Positions 47,150 through 56,507 of a DNA stretch of 57,594 nt are shown in pieces. Each line of letters begins with the position of its first letter. Within the stretch, counting starts at the first letter, position 1. The notes below the pieces were generated by a model. That model was given only the letters and a program-made list of their open reading frames with translations, did not search any database and was not told the DNA's origin. The translations under genes and the position numbers were made by a program. Source of the DNA: a virus (lineage: Duplodnaviria; Caudoviricetes); IMG/VR virus record IMGVR_UViG_3300009604_000012, positions 1 through 57,594 of that record. One strand, written 5' to 3'.

Positions 47150-47806
47150 CTAGAGTTGCACCAGTGGTGTGTCCTTATCGGACGCAACCAGCTTGGTCAA
47201 CTCCGCACGAGCTTCAACCTTGTTCCCACTTGGACCTTCCCACAGGGGGATTGCTGTGCCCCGGTCATCCTTCGGGAACTTATCCTCACCTTGCAGGACC
47301 CACGTTCCCCAAGGCACTGAGCGATAGTCACCACCGTTGCGCTCCCGCTCTTCGTTGTAGTAATCACGGTCCTTCGCCACCCAATCAATCTTCGCAACGA
47401 AGGTTCGACCGGACTCGATGGTCTCGCCCAACCGACGCAAGCCATCGGTGCTGTCGGACCATGTCAGAGAGCGGTCGTGTGCCCTGATCAAATCAGCCAG
47501 CCTGTTGGATGTGCTGTTTCGATAGGGACGGTAGCTGAAGTTCTGAAACAGATACAGCTCACGACCTTCTGCACTCGCGGGTTCAACGATCTGAACTTTG
47601 TTAATCTTGATTTGCGGATACTTGTCATCGGCAAGCAAGGCTTCTCCCGCTGTGTTCGTTGGGATGGTCGCCTCTGTGATCAACAAGCGGTAGAACCCAG
47701 ACTTGGGTGGAGTCGGTGCCGTCGCTTCCTGATAGCTGTCAGGGTCTTCTACCCCCAACTCAGTCAATCCTTCAGGCAGTGCGCTCAGATCGAAATCAAT
47801 ACTCAT
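47150..47806 (-). CDS. Putative ssDNA-binding protein (DUF669-like)
   Basis: PPKSGFYRLLI OB-like start; next to a Sak4-like ATPase. Confidence 0.5.
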   Translation of the reverse strand: MSIDFDLSALPEGLTELGVEDPDSYQEATAPTPPKSGFYRLLITEATIPTNTAGEALLADDKYPQIKINKVQIVEPASAEGRELYLFQNFSYRPYRNSTSNRLADLIRAHDRSLTWSDSTDGLRRLGETIESGRTFVAKIDWVAKDRDYYNEERERNGGDYRSVPWGTWVLQGEDKFPKDDRGTAIPLWEGPSGNKVEARAELTKLVASDKDTPLVQL

Positions 47807-47848
47807 GTGTGGCTTCTCCTTGGGTTAGTGTGTTGCAGTCGAAGGGTT

Positions 47849-47877
47849 AGTATACTCGGTAAAGAATCCCATTGCAA
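47849..47877 (-). promoter_or_regulatory. Sigma70-like promoter
   Basis: TTGCAA-N17-TATACT. Confidence 0.6.
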
Positions 47878-47881
47878 GTTG

Positions 47882-48889
47882 TTAGACACCTTGCTTCAGT
47901 GCTTGTAGCTGGGCAATGCGTTCGGCACTCACCTTCCCTTTGGACTGTGAGTCCCTGTAGAACTCAAGGACAGCTTTCCCCGGTTCCTTGTGTGTGTAGT
48001 AGAGCGGCAGTCCCTCGCACCGTGCGCCAGCCCGGAACTCAATCATCTCCAATCCATCCGGGTCAAAGTGACTCCGAGTGTAGATGCGGTACTCTGGTTC
48101 CAACATCGACACGTTCTGTCCGGTGAGGTCATCCTTCTCTCTGATGTTCTTTGCCATAGCCGTATCGAAGTGTAGGCAGTTTCCAAAGAGACTCCCGATG
48201 GTGGCAGCTTTCGCTTTGCCACAGACATCAGGCCCGATGAGCTTCTTCCCTGTGATGATGCCATGCTTCCCACTGCGTCCCCCTTCGGTGAGGTCGGGGG
48301 CTTCGGTGGGGTGCGCGGTCCAGATGACCTTGCCTCTGAAGATGGTGCTGGTGCGAATCGCCCGTTCCAGTTCACGATAGGCTGTGCCGTGGTGCAAGCC
48401 TTGCACTTGCCCATGCCGTCGCCAATCGTCAGGCAGTCCCTCCTGCTTCTCATCAACAGTCACCAGCTCACCGCCTTCGTCTTTCACACCACCAATCTTC
48501 TGACCCTTGGCAATCTTCTCTGCGATATCTCCAAGCAGCCAGCTCTTGATGACGGTGGCTCCCTCATAGATCACCAAGCCGTGTGACTTGCCTTCCATAT
48601 ACTCAGCATCGGGTTTGCCCCAGACACCATCCTCTTTGGGTGCCCACCCTCGGGTCATCGCTTTCAAATAGGTCATCGCCGCCGGGAGATGACTGAACTC
48701 CACGACCTCAAGAATCCCTGCTTCGATTAACCCCGTCGATTGATAGGTGGCAACCCCACCATCCCCGATGTAAACCCTGGACTTCTTGCCTGTCTTGGCA
48801 TACACCTGTTCGACTAACTCAGCAATAGCTCTCGACTTCCCTTTCATGCTGTGTCCATAAAACAAATCAGCGTTACGTAGTTCTCCCAT
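47882..48889 (-). CDS. Sak4/AAA_24-like ATPase
   Basis: FYGHSMKGKS P-loop, VIYEGAT, IWTAH; sits between nuclease and SSB-like genes. Confidence 0.7.
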   Translation of the reverse strand: MGELRNADLFYGHSMKGKSRAIAELVEQVYAKTGKKSRVYIGDGGVATYQSTGLIEAGILEVVEFSHLPAAMTYLKAMTRGWAPKEDGVWGKPDAEYMEGKSHGLVIYEGATVIKSWLLGDIAEKIAKGQKIGGVKDEGGELVTVDEKQEGLPDDWRRHGQVQGLHHGTAYRELERAIRTSTIFRGKVIWTAHPTEAPDLTEGGRSGKHGIITGKKLIGPDVCGKAKAATIGSLFGNCLHFDTAMAKNIREKDDLTGQNVSMLEPEYRIYTRSHFDPDGLEMIEFRAGARCEGLPLYYTHKEPGKAVLEFYRDSQSKGKVSAERIAQLQALKQGV

Positions 48890-49666
48890 TCATTTGTCCT
48901 TTCGCTTCTGTTCGCGTGTCCAACGATACAACGAGACCGCCGCTTGCCACGGGGCAATCAGTTCGGCAATCGGTGGCATCTCCACAATTTGGAATGGCTC
49001 TTCTCCCTCGCTCTTTGGCAAGAGCACAATCCATCCCGTCTCTGTTTTGATTCCCTCTTCAGCGAGAGCTAACCGATACGCACAGCCTTGCAGGAGAGCT
49101 TCTTCGTAGACGCGCTTGCCGGTTTTGAAATCGAGAATGCCCACCCGACCATCCACTTCAACCAGTGCATCGAGCGTTCCCGCATACTGTCCATGCAACG
49201 ATGCGACCATGCGTTCGGTATCGAGAACCTTGAGATTGGTCGCCTTGCGCCAGTCAGACGCTCGCCCGAAGGACCGTTCGGCTTCCGCTGAATCCAACGG
49301 CGGTGGAGTCTCCTTGCGTGGTCGGCCCAGTTCTCCAAGGAACTCCCACTCGATACGCTCGTGGACTTGGGTGCCGATCTTTGCCGCTTTCCGTAGGGAA
49401 CTCCGGTAGGCTTTCTCCTTTTCTATTTCTGTTGCTGTTAATTCCATGAACATCTCGGGGTCCGGTAGCTCTCCCAATTCCACCGTGTCCTCATACGCTC
49501 GCCGCACCGCAGCAATCACCGCTGTGCGTTCCTGAGTTGCGGCCCACGGAATGAGGGCTGGCTTGGCAATCACGCCCAAGATAGTGGTCACACTCGGGAG
49601 CTTGAGTCCGGTGTGTGTTTTGTAAAATCGTGCGCCCCGTTCGGTGGGGAGTCGTTCGAGTTCCAT
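48890..49666 (-). CDS. PD-(D/E)XK exonuclease
   Basis: LPSVTTIL, GTQVH, YAGTLD, DFKTG, Q..AY. Confidence 0.9.
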   Translation of the reverse strand: MELERLPTERGARFYKTHTGLKLPSVTTILGVIAKPALIPWAATQERTAVIAAVRRAYEDTVELGELPDPEMFMELTATEIEKEKAYRSSLRKAAKIGTQVHERIEWEFLGELGRPRKETPPPLDSAEAERSFGRASDWRKATNLKVLDTERMVASLHGQYAGTLDALVEVDGRVGILDFKTGKRVYEEALLQGCAYRLALAEEGIKTETGWIVLLPKSEGEEPFQIVEMPPIAELIAPWQAAVSLYRWTREQKRKDK

Positions 49667-51072
49667 TAAGCGATCACCAATCTGGTTTGCCAGTCACCCC
49701 ACCGCTCAAGGTGAAGTGTCTCGATGTCCCCCGGCAGGTCATACCCTGCGGGTTCGCGTATGCTGAGTCCGATGTAGCTGCCATCACCTCTCCGCCTTCC
49801 CCAAATCCGCACGGGTCCGCGATGCTGTGGTGTAGAGTCCTCGGTCTGCGGGAAAACGTCTTTTCGGAACTCATAGAATGGACTCGACTGCCAATGTCCA
49901 TTGGTTGGTACACCATCCACAGTGATGGGGATCATATCGAGGGCTTGGGTCCATGCCGACAGGCATGCGTCGGTCGCGGGGTCAGGGATGGTTGGCTCCA
50001 GCAGACAGTGAGCATGGAACGCAGGGATGCAATGCTTCAATCGCAGCATCGCAGCAGTGGCGAAGGCGGTCGCCGTGGATTCCGTGCCAGCTCCCTTCCC
50101 AAGATTCATCCACTCGCCTGACATGAAGGGCATCTGTGTCTTGTCAACCTGTGTGTGTTCGACGAGGCGCTTGACTGACATCATGTAGTCATCACCCTCC
50201 ATGCGTCTCAGATGTTCATCGAAGAAGTCTGCCTTGCCTGTCATGTAGAACAGGTTGTCTTCATCACAGGGTGCGCCATAGTTCATGAGTCGGTCGGGCG
50301 CGAGGTCATGGCAATGGTCCCCCAGTTCTAGGATGATTTTGGAATCGTATCCAAACCCAATTTGACTTGGTTCGTTTGCCATCTCAAACAGCACACTCGG
50401 CACATCACGCAAGGTGCCCACCGCTTGGTCAAGGAAGCTGTGCATCTGTGCGATGGCTTTTGGATTGTCAGTAATCACGTCAGGTCTGCGATGATAATCC
50501 AGCTCTCCCCCGACAAAGGGTTCCACCCCACCAAACAAACAGACGCGGGTATAGAGTCCGTATTGTGCGGCCTTCTGTGCGAGGGGCACGAGTGCTGCCC
50601 AGAACTTATCCCCCTCGGTATACCAGTTGCTCCGTTGCTTCTGTGCCCAATACTTCGAGGCAAGATTCAGCAGGGGTCTGATGGCTGTGATGCGTCGTTG
50701 TCGACAATAGTCAAAGAACTCTTCAATCTCATCCCACTTCCGGTCAATGGCCCACCGCATGATCCCCATCGCAGTAATCTCTCGATAGTCCACAGGCTTC
50801 CGGTCGGGGTCCAGAAAAAAGCGAGACCCTGGCTCCACATGCAAGAGCGCGAGTGGATTCGGTGGGGCTGGCGGCGGCGTGGGGAACCACGATTGTGTCG
50901 CGGCCTCCACTGTGGCGAAGCGATTCGATTCAAACATCAAACGCCAGCGTATATGGTTGAGGTCCCGTGGCGTGGGGGGTTTGGTCTTGCCGGATTCATA
51001 CCATCGTTGAATGATGTGCTTGTCTGTGGCGTTGTAGGGCCACCCGTCACTCAGGAATTTTTTATAGTCCAT
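49666..51072 (-). CDS. Clan GH-A (GH5-like) glycoside hydrolase with N-terminal domain and Pro linker
   Basis: FEMANEP acid/base motif, DEH, PFMSGE nucleophile-like motif. Confidence 0.6.
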   Translation of the reverse strand: MDYKKFLSDGWPYNATDKHIIQRWYESGKTKPPTPRDLNHIRWRLMFESNRFATVEAATQSWFPTPPPAPPNPLALLHVEPGSRFFLDPDRKPVDYREITAMGIMRWAIDRKWDEIEEFFDYCRQRRITAIRPLLNLASKYWAQKQRSNWYTEGDKFWAALVPLAQKAAQYGLYTRVCLFGGVEPFVGGELDYHRRPDVITDNPKAIAQMHSFLDQAVGTLRDVPSVLFEMANEPSQIGFGYDSKIILELGDHCHDLAPDRLMNYGAPCDEDNLFYMTGKADFFDEHLRRMEGDDYMMSVKRLVEHTQVDKTQMPFMSGEWMNLGKGAGTESTATAFATAAMLRLKHCIPAFHAHCLLEPTIPDPATDACLSAWTQALDMIPITVDGVPTNGHWQSSPFYEFRKDVFPQTEDSTPQHRGPVRIWGRRRGDGSYIGLSIREPAGYDLPGDIETLHLERWGDWQTRLVIA

Positions 51073-51250
51073 CGATTACCTCTTCAGCATTCTGTCTGAT
51101 TTCGGTGAGGGCGTGGTCGAAGGCGACACTGGCTTTGGAGAGGGCAACTTCGATTTGTGATTGGGTGAGTTGCGTATGGAGGGTAGTGTCCGTCGTGAAG
51201 TGGAGTGTGAGGGTGTAGCCCTTCGTTCGTAGTGTGCGTTCACCGCGCAT
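51062..51250 (-). CDS. Hypothetical protein
   Basis: GGAG SD; overlaps the start of the hydrolase gene. Confidence 0.45.
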   Translation of the reverse strand: MRGERTLRTKGYTLTLHFTTDTTLHTQLTQSQIEVALSKASVAFDHALTEIRQNAEEVIDGL

Positions 51251-51411
51251 ATCAAGTTCTCCGCTGCTGTGATAATGGCTGGAATGTTTTTCTCCTGTGT
51301 GTCTGCGCGATAGGCACACTGCCCCGCAAGAATCTGAGCAGCGACACGTAAGAGTTCCTCCCGGTTATAAATATCGCGTTCATCGTTCGCGTTCATCATC
51401 TCCCCTACCAT
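51076..51411 (-). CDS. Hypothetical protein
   Basis: AAGGAG SD before MVGEMM; AAQILAG helix. Confidence 0.5.
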   Translation of the reverse strand: MVGEMMNANDERDIYNREELLRVAAQILAGQCAYRADTQEKNIPAIITAAENLICAVNAHYERRATPSHSTSRRTLPSIRNSPNHKSKLPSPKPVSPSTTPSPKSDRMLKR

Positions 51412-51514
51412 TCTTGTTCTCCTTCTTCCCGCACCCATGACAGATGTCCTCGACATTCAGACATCCGCACTGCTTACAGCGCCACGGCATATCAGTGCTC
51501 TTGTAACCTCGCAT
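51380..51514 (-). CDS. Small Zn-ribbon protein (44 aa), not in ORF track
   Basis: WRCKQCGCLNVEDICHGCG, a W-x-C-xx-C...N...C-xx-C pattern. Confidence 0.6.
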   Translation of the reverse strand: MRGYKSTDMPWRCKQCGCLNVEDICHGCGKKENKNGRGDDERER

Positions 51515-51524
51515 AGAAAGTCCC

Positions 51525-51575
51525 ACCCTATCATCATGGGATGGGTTGCGTCAAGCGCTCGGTCGGGTGTAGGCT
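51525..51575. promoter_or_regulatory. Overlapping divergent promoters
   Basis: Minus strand TTGACG-N18-TAGGGT; plus strand TTGCGT-N18-TAGGCT. Confidence 0.5.
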
Positions 51576-52466
51576 ATGCGAATGTCTTCGTTTCTCCCTA
51601 CGGGAGAATACTTCTCGCGCTCATTACCAGAAGAGTCTTGGTTGATCGATCACCTCGTACCCAGAGGTGGGCTGGTTGAGCTATATGGCAAGCCCAAGTG
51701 CGGGAAATCGCTACTCACCATGACATTGGTGTCCGCGCTAACTGATGGCTACCCATGGTTCCTGCATCCAACATTCAAGATCAGAGACCGTGGCAACGTC
51801 CTGTTCATGCAGATGGATACCCCACCGGGACTCTGGACTGAGTATCTCAAGACAGCCAAGCGACAGTTCCGCTCGGTACTCTGGGCTGATCAGCTACAGA
51901 TTCCCCACCCGCCCTTTGATATCCACGATCCACGCCACCGTACATGGCTCCACAATCAGGTGCAGGATTTCCAACCGTTGTTACTGGTGGTGGATAGTTT
52001 ACGTAAGTTGCATCGGGGGGATGAGAATGATTCGTCAGTGATGACGAAGGTGATGGCGTTGCTCCGCCAGACAGTGGGGCTGGATGTGGCAATCGTCTTG
52101 ATTGCCCACCAGAAAAAGATTGGTGCCATGGATGTGGCTGACCTTGTGGATTCAGCCAGAGGATCAAGTGCGGTGGCAGGTGAGGTGGATGTCCTGATAC
52201 GCCTGAGTGGGGATCGCCCGACCAAGAAGCTCTTTGAATATACCGGACGCACTCGGGTTGTGAATAGTTCTCTTGAGTTATGGCAGGACCAAGACACAGG
52301 CTTGCTGATGCACGGTGTGCCCCGACACATGCGGATTGTCCAAGCGCACCTCGATCACCCCGGCTGCACAAACATCAGACAGCTAATCCAAATCGTCCGG
52401 TCCCTCGGTATCGAAGGGAGTGACTCGACTATCCGGCGTGATATTCAGGAGCTTGGTTTGTTTTAG
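51576..52466 (+). CDS. RepA/AAA_25 (SF4-like) helicase
   Basis: GKPKCGKS, LVVDSL, IAHQKK, ARGSSA. Confidence 0.88.
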   Translation: MRMSSFLPTGEYFSRSLPEESWLIDHLVPRGGLVELYGKPKCGKSLLTMTLVSALTDGYPWFLHPTFKIRDRGNVLFMQMDTPPGLWTEYLKTAKRQFRSVLWADQLQIPHPPFDIHDPRHRTWLHNQVQDFQPLLLVVDSLRKLHRGDENDSSVMTKVMALLRQTVGLDVAIVLIAHQKKIGAMDVADLVDSARGSSAVAGEVDVLIRLSGDRPTKKLFEYTGRTRVVNSSLELWQDQDTGLLMHGVPRHMRIVQAHLDHPGCTNIRQLIQIVRSLGIEGSDSTIRRDIQELGLF

Positions 52467-52724
52467 GAGACGCTCAAGTCGTTGGCTCTTTCGGTAGTCA
52501 TCGTCCTGAAAGCGTAGGTCGAGGGGGTCGAACTCATTCTTACTATCTCCCTTGAGCATTCTCTTTAGTGCTTCCAGCTGTTCCCGTAGATAGATTGTTT
52601 CACCTCGGAGTTTTCGGATGCTCTTCAGGAGTGCCCGACGCTGCTGAACCAACTGCCTGAGTTCCTGCTTGAGTGCATCCCGTTCCTCAGACAATCGGTT
52701 CAGTTCTTCTTCAGGTGTAATCAT
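52383..52724 (-). CDS. Coiled-coil hypothetical protein
   Basis: Heptad pattern; AGGAG SD. Confidence 0.6.
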   Translation of the reverse strand: MITPEEELNRLSEERDALKQELRQLVQQRRALLKSIRKLRGETIYLREQLEALKRMLKGDSKNEFDPLDLRFQDDDYRKSQRLERLLKQTKLLNITPDSRVTPFDTEGPDDLD

Positions 52725-53179
52725 TTCTCCTGTTCTTTATCTCCAAGGAAGTCGATGACACTCTTGGCATTCGCCTTGTCACCCTCGGTGAACAGGTCCA
52801 GTTGCCCGTCGATCTCTGTATCTATCTTCGTAAGTTCCACATCAATCTCCTTTGCAAGCGGTGTAACTACTCGCGAGAGTGTCAGGATGAATGGTTCTTT
52901 GCCAGGGAAGTCTTCGCTCTGTGCAACGAGTGGAAGGTAGCCATTGAGACAGGTCTGAATAACAATCGCCTCCGCTACCGTGAGTTCCTTGGTGATTGCC
53001 TTGCGCGTCGTTGCCAGATAGTCTTTCTGCTTTGCGGTCTTATCCAAAGTTTCCTCCGTATTCCAAAGTGTCTTATGTTTCTGCTTTCGGTTTGGTTCGT
53101 TCCGTCTGGTGCGATGCGGTCCCGCCCCTGAGAACTTCAGGACAGGGACTCGTGGTCTATTCGACTTCTTCTTCTTCAT
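52721..53179 (-). CDS. Hypothetical protein
   Basis: Likely start MKKKKS after GGGGAG. Confidence 0.6.
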   Translation of the reverse strand: MKKKKSNRPRVPVLKFSGAGPHRTRRNEPNRKQKHKTLWNTEETLDKTAKQKDYLATTRKAITKELTVAEAIVIQTCLNGYLPLVAQSEDFPGKEPFILTLSRVVTPLAKEIDVELTKIDTEIDGQLDLFTEGDKANAKSVIDFLGDKEQEK

Positions 53180-53441
53180 TTGTCTCCCCTTTCTCCGAGA
53201 CAACACCCTGCTCCAACAGTTCGTCAATGAACATAAGCATCCGTTCTTCGTCGGTCTTCTCCGAGAGGACGCGTGACAAGATGACAAACGCTGTAGTGAT
53301 TCCACTCAGCGCGAGTGCGATACCCAAGGTGGCATCCAGCAGATGCACCATGAGTACACAGCCCCCTGTTATTATCCCCACCACTGTATGGTCTACGAAT
53401 CGTCGGAGACCGTGTGCGTTCTGCCTCTTAGTCTTCTTCAT
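53157..53441 (-). CDS. Two-TM membrane protein
   Basis: Start MKKTKR; two hydrophobic segments. Confidence 0.55.
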   Translation of the reverse strand: MKKTKRQNAHGLRRFVDHTVVGIITGGCVLMVHLLDATLGIALALSGITTAFVILSRVLSEKTDEERMLMFIDELLEQGVVSEKGETNEEEEVE

Positions 53442-53811
53442 CTGCCGTTCTCCCTCCCAGTACCTGTCTTCGACTATCTTGGTAGCCCTTGTTCCGTTTC
53501 TCATATCGTTGCAACCAGTGCTTGAAGCTCTCCTCTGCAACGATAGGCACACCGGGACCGCACTGTGTGCAGCCAGCACACTGTCCATGACTACGTTCCC
53601 ACGCCCAACACCACGCACGAGCCTTGTTGAACATGAACGGATTCAGGAAGCGTTCCTCCCCACGCTGTTCAGCAGCTCGTCCCAGCTTCACCGCCTGTTT
53701 GTAGTCAACACTAGCGTCGTAGGATTTCTTTGCGGGAGTTGTGCTTGTGGCATCCCGCTGAACTGTGCTGACGTACCCCCTGGAAAAGGGTTTGATCCGA
53801 GAGCTGCTCAT
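53428..53811 (-). CDS. Hypothetical protein
   Basis: Coupled ORF; CAGCTQC. Confidence 0.55.
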   Translation of the reverse strand: MSSSRIKPFSRGYVSTVQRDATSTTPAKKSYDASVDYKQAVKLGRAAEQRGEERFLNPFMFNKARAWCWAWERSHGQCAGCTQCGPGVPIVAEESFKHWLQRYEKRNKGYQDSRRQVLGGRTADEED

Positions 53812-54134
53812 TCCAAATCATCCCGCACCACCTCCCATTTCCCAATGGAATTTCCATCGGAATCCCGCAAGTGAAACGAGAGCCGACTCGCTGGTGACTT
53901 GAGTACTTCACTGCTGAACTCCGGTTGGATGAGCTTGTCGGTTATACCAGCGAGGATGTTCGCAACTTCCTCAGTCCACCCCGACCATTTCTTGATGTCA
54001 ATGTCGATTGAGAACTTGTGATAGGTAGCCATTGATTCCTCTTGTGGCTCTGGTGTACTCGGGCCGCCTTGCCCCCACGCGAGTGCGTTCACCATGCGAG
54101 CCTGTTGTTCAGGAGCTAAGTGTTTAAAGGTCAT
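53808..54134 (-). CDS. Hypothetical early protein
   Basis: C-terminal LRDSDGNSIGKW, similar to the 56507 ORF. Confidence 0.6.
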   Translation of the reverse strand: MTFKHLAPEQQARMVNALAWGQGGPSTPEPQEESMATYHKFSIDIDIKKWSGWTEEVANILAGITDKLIQPEFSSEVLKSPASRLSFHLRDSDGNSIGKWEVVRDDLE

Positions 54135-54406
54135 TGCAACCGCTCCTCTCCCGTAAGGATGAGGACGTTCCCGACCAGCGTATCAAGGCCGGTGACTCCG
54201 CAATATTCGGTCGCTGCGGGGTTGGCTTCCAACCCGTGCAGCTTCCCTTCCTCATTCAGCACGACATCGAAGTCTTTCCCTTTCGGATTACGCAGTAGCT
54301 CGATGTATCCCCCGACCAGCTCCTGCAATTCATCAAGGGTGAAATGTTTCCCGTCCTCTGGGACAACATCACGGTGGGTGCCATCAGGATAGATTAAGTT
54401 TCCCAT
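54131..54406 (-). CDS. DUF3846-like protein
   Basis: LDELQELVGGYIE...NEEGKL..L..N..AT...LVGNVL. Confidence 0.8.
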   Translation of the reverse strand: MGNLIYPDGTHRDVVPEDGKHFTLDELQELVGGYIELLRNPKGKDFDVVLNEEGKLHGLEANPAATEYCGVTGLDTLVGNVLILTGEERLQ

Positions 54407-54409
54407 TTG

Positions 54410-54589
54410 CTAATGCCTCTCATGTCTGTCGTAGTAATCATCCAACCACTGCTCTTCGATCAGGTCGTAGTCTGGTTCCGGTGACTGGTAGTCACACTCC
54501 GTACAGCAGTGTGTGAGTGCATCCAGTGGAGCATCGCAGTTCGGACACTCCGGTGGTGGGTCCGGCGGGTCCAGCGGCAGGTCAGTCAT
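54410..54589 (-). CDS. Small Zn-ribbon protein
   Basis: CPNC...CTEC; GAGG SD. Confidence 0.6.
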   Translation of the reverse strand: MTDLPLDPPDPPPECPNCDAPLDALTHCCTECDYQSPEPDYDLIEEQWLDDYYDRHERH

Positions 54590-54939
54590 CCTCTTTTGTT
54601 CAGTCGCTTGATTGCTGCTGTCGCTGCACGTTGCATCTCTGTGGTCTGTAGCTTCTGCTTTGTGGAGATGCGCTGTTGCTTTGTGCTGCGTCGGAGTCCA
54701 CGCTGTCCTGCCCATGCACCCTTGAGCATGGCATAGACGTAGACATACACCTCTCGGATGGGTGCCCGTGGACAGACCTCATCTACCCTGTCGGACATCA
54801 GCAGTGGTTTCCGCAAGGTCCAGTCGAGTTTGTATTTCTCAGTAGGCAGCACGGTGTTGAGTGTCTTGACGAGACGATTGAGATCCGTTTTCGTTACTCG
54901 TGTACGCTTCCAGATTTTGTCCGTCGGTGTTGATGGCAT
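54586..54939 (-). CDS. Hypothetical protein
   Basis: Coupled ORF. Confidence 0.6.
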   Translation of the reverse strand: MPSTPTDKIWKRTRVTKTDLNRLVKTLNTVLPTEKYKLDWTLRKPLLMSDRVDEVCPRAPIREVYVYVYAMLKGAWAGQRGLRRSTKQQRISTKQKLQTTEMQRAATAAIKRLNKRG

Positions 54940-55163
54940 TACATCTCCCCTCGCTGTGTGTTGTCGTAAGTTGATTCTAACATAGTCCCATCCTTCTGTC
55001 GATTGCGTCCTTCAATTTTCTGGAACGCCTTCCATCGCTCGTAGAATTTACCATCCACATCACGGAAGCGCTCGACCACATCGGCACTCGTCCACTGTGC
55101 GCTGATGTATCCCACTGCAAGACCGCCGAGAAATACTGCGAGTAACCCTACTAGTTCTATCAT
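54939..55163 (-). CDS. Small membrane protein
   Basis: N-terminal TM helix; strong SD. Confidence 0.6.
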   Translation of the reverse strand: MIELVGLLAVFLGGLAVGYISAQWTSADVVERFRDVDGKFYERWKAFQKIEGRNRQKDGTMLESTYDNTQRGEM

Positions 55164-55338
55164 TCCCTCTCCTCTTGAGGTCTCCTGTCAACACCATCCC
55201 ACGTTAGTTCCCCTACCCACACATCGCCGGTTTTTAAGTACACAATTTTCACCTTTAGCACATGGGGTGCCTCGTCATCTGTTGGGTCAGGAGATGGTCG
55301 GGCCATCTCGACTACGTAGTCGTTCCCTAATCTCGTCT

Positions 55339-55551
55339 TCATGGTTGTCTCGCTTTCTGTATTGTTGGGATGTTGTGTTCCTCGATCCACGCAGAGCCTT
55401 CGCCACTGACCGGTTCGACTTGGAACCGTGAGTGTCCATAGCTGCACTTCCAGTCTCGTATGGTGTAGTTGATGATCGTCTCACCGGGACCTGCGATTTG
55501 CACTTCAGTATTCATAAAGGTCAACGCATCTTGTGCGGTCATCTGTTTCAT
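55339..55551 (-). CDS. Conserved phage early hypothetical protein
   Basis: D.K.SYG..RF.V.PV.GEG..W pattern; AGGAGG SD. Confidence 0.65.
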   Translation of the reverse strand: MKQMTAQDALTFMNTEVQIAGPGETIINYTIRDWKCSYGHSRFQVEPVSGEGSAWIEEHNIPTIQKARQP

Positions 55552-55555
55552 GGTG

Positions 55556-55762
55556 CTATCCCTCCTGCTTCAGTGTGTGTGTGGGTCCGAAAAATGGATG
55601 ACTTGCACACACATGGTCCTCGCTCTCGATAGCGATCAACCATGCAACAAAGTCTTCCAGCTTACCGTCTCCATGCCAGTTCCCTCTGAACTGGGTGCCA
55701 CAGTTGGCACACTCCACGACGGTATCGAGTGTGCCATCGTCCACGAGTGTCATGATGGGCAT
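55556..55762 (-). CDS. Small Zn-binding hypothetical protein
   Basis: GGAGG SD; LVDDGTLDTVVECANCG. Confidence 0.6.
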   Translation of the reverse strand: MPIMTLVDDGTLDTVVECANCGTQFRGNWHGDGKLEDFVAWLIAIESEDHVCASHPFFGPTHTLKQEG

Positions 55763-55766
55763 AGTT

Positions 55767-56267
55767 TTAGTCCTCCACGAGAAAACACACTTCACTGCGG
55801 GACCCAAAGGCAAACTTCGGATCGTCTTTGGATACCTTCCACGTTGCCTTGATCGCAAGGCGTTCTCCGACTTCGGTGTCATCAGGCACGGTCACCCAGA
55901 CCCTGCTCTTGTTCTCGATCTTCAGCAGTCCCTTCAGCACATTGCGACTGGGCTTCGTACTCAGCACGATGCCATGCACTACTTGCCGACCTTCGGGTGC
56001 AGGTCCTGCATTCGCATCGTCCAATGCCCGTGCTTCATCCTGCTTCAGTGATCGCCGCACGGCATCGAGTTGTTTGTCACTGAGTGTTCCGTAGTGCCAG
56101 AACTTCCCGAGGACATCACGCACAAAGCTGTTCTTGCCATGCACCTCTGGTTTGGATTCGATAGCTCGCACCCAGTCCTGAATCTCCGGGTGTGCTTCGA
56201 GGAATCGCAGCACGTTTGCTGATGGGTCCCCCCGAAAGACATTGCTGTTTGGATTTTGTAGATGCAT
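55767..56267 (-). CDS. Hypothetical protein
   Basis: GGAGG SD; YGTLSDKQL followed by an OB-like C-terminus. Confidence 0.65.
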   Translation of the reverse strand: MHLQNPNSNVFRGDPSANVLRFLEAHPEIQDWVRAIESKPEVHGKNSFVRDVLGKFWHYGTLSDKQLDAVRRSLKQDEARALDDANAGPAPEGRQVVHGIVLSTKPSRNVLKGLLKIENKSRVWVTVPDDTEVGERLAIKATWKVSKDDPKFAFGSRSEVCFLVED

Positions 56268-56288
56268 CTATTTACCCTCCACGCCTGC

Positions 56289-56507
56289 CTAGACGATGAC
56301 GTTGCCGTCAGCGTCAACAGCTTCTACGAATTGCACGTTAGCGCTTTCCACCTGCACCGTGGTGTCAGGAGCAAGCTCGTCTCCCTCAAGTAAGGGGAGT
56401 AGTTTGATCGCGTCAGCGATAGCTTCGGCCCCATCGCGAGACCAGTCAGCAGTCCTGAAGACCACCTTGATATGTGTGTGATAGGTGTATTGTTTTGGTT
56501 TCAACAT
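56289..56507 (-). CDS. Hypothetical protein
   Basis: Coupled ORF. Confidence 0.55.
   Translation of the reverse strand: MLKPKQYTYHTHIKVVFRTADWSRDGAEAIADAIKLLPLLEGDELAPDTTVQVESANVQFVEAVDADGNVIV

Noticed and set aside
48890-49666. Cas4 indicating a CRISPR system
   Set aside because: It lacks the Cas4 cysteine cluster, and the nuclease-Sak4-SSB context indicates recombination.
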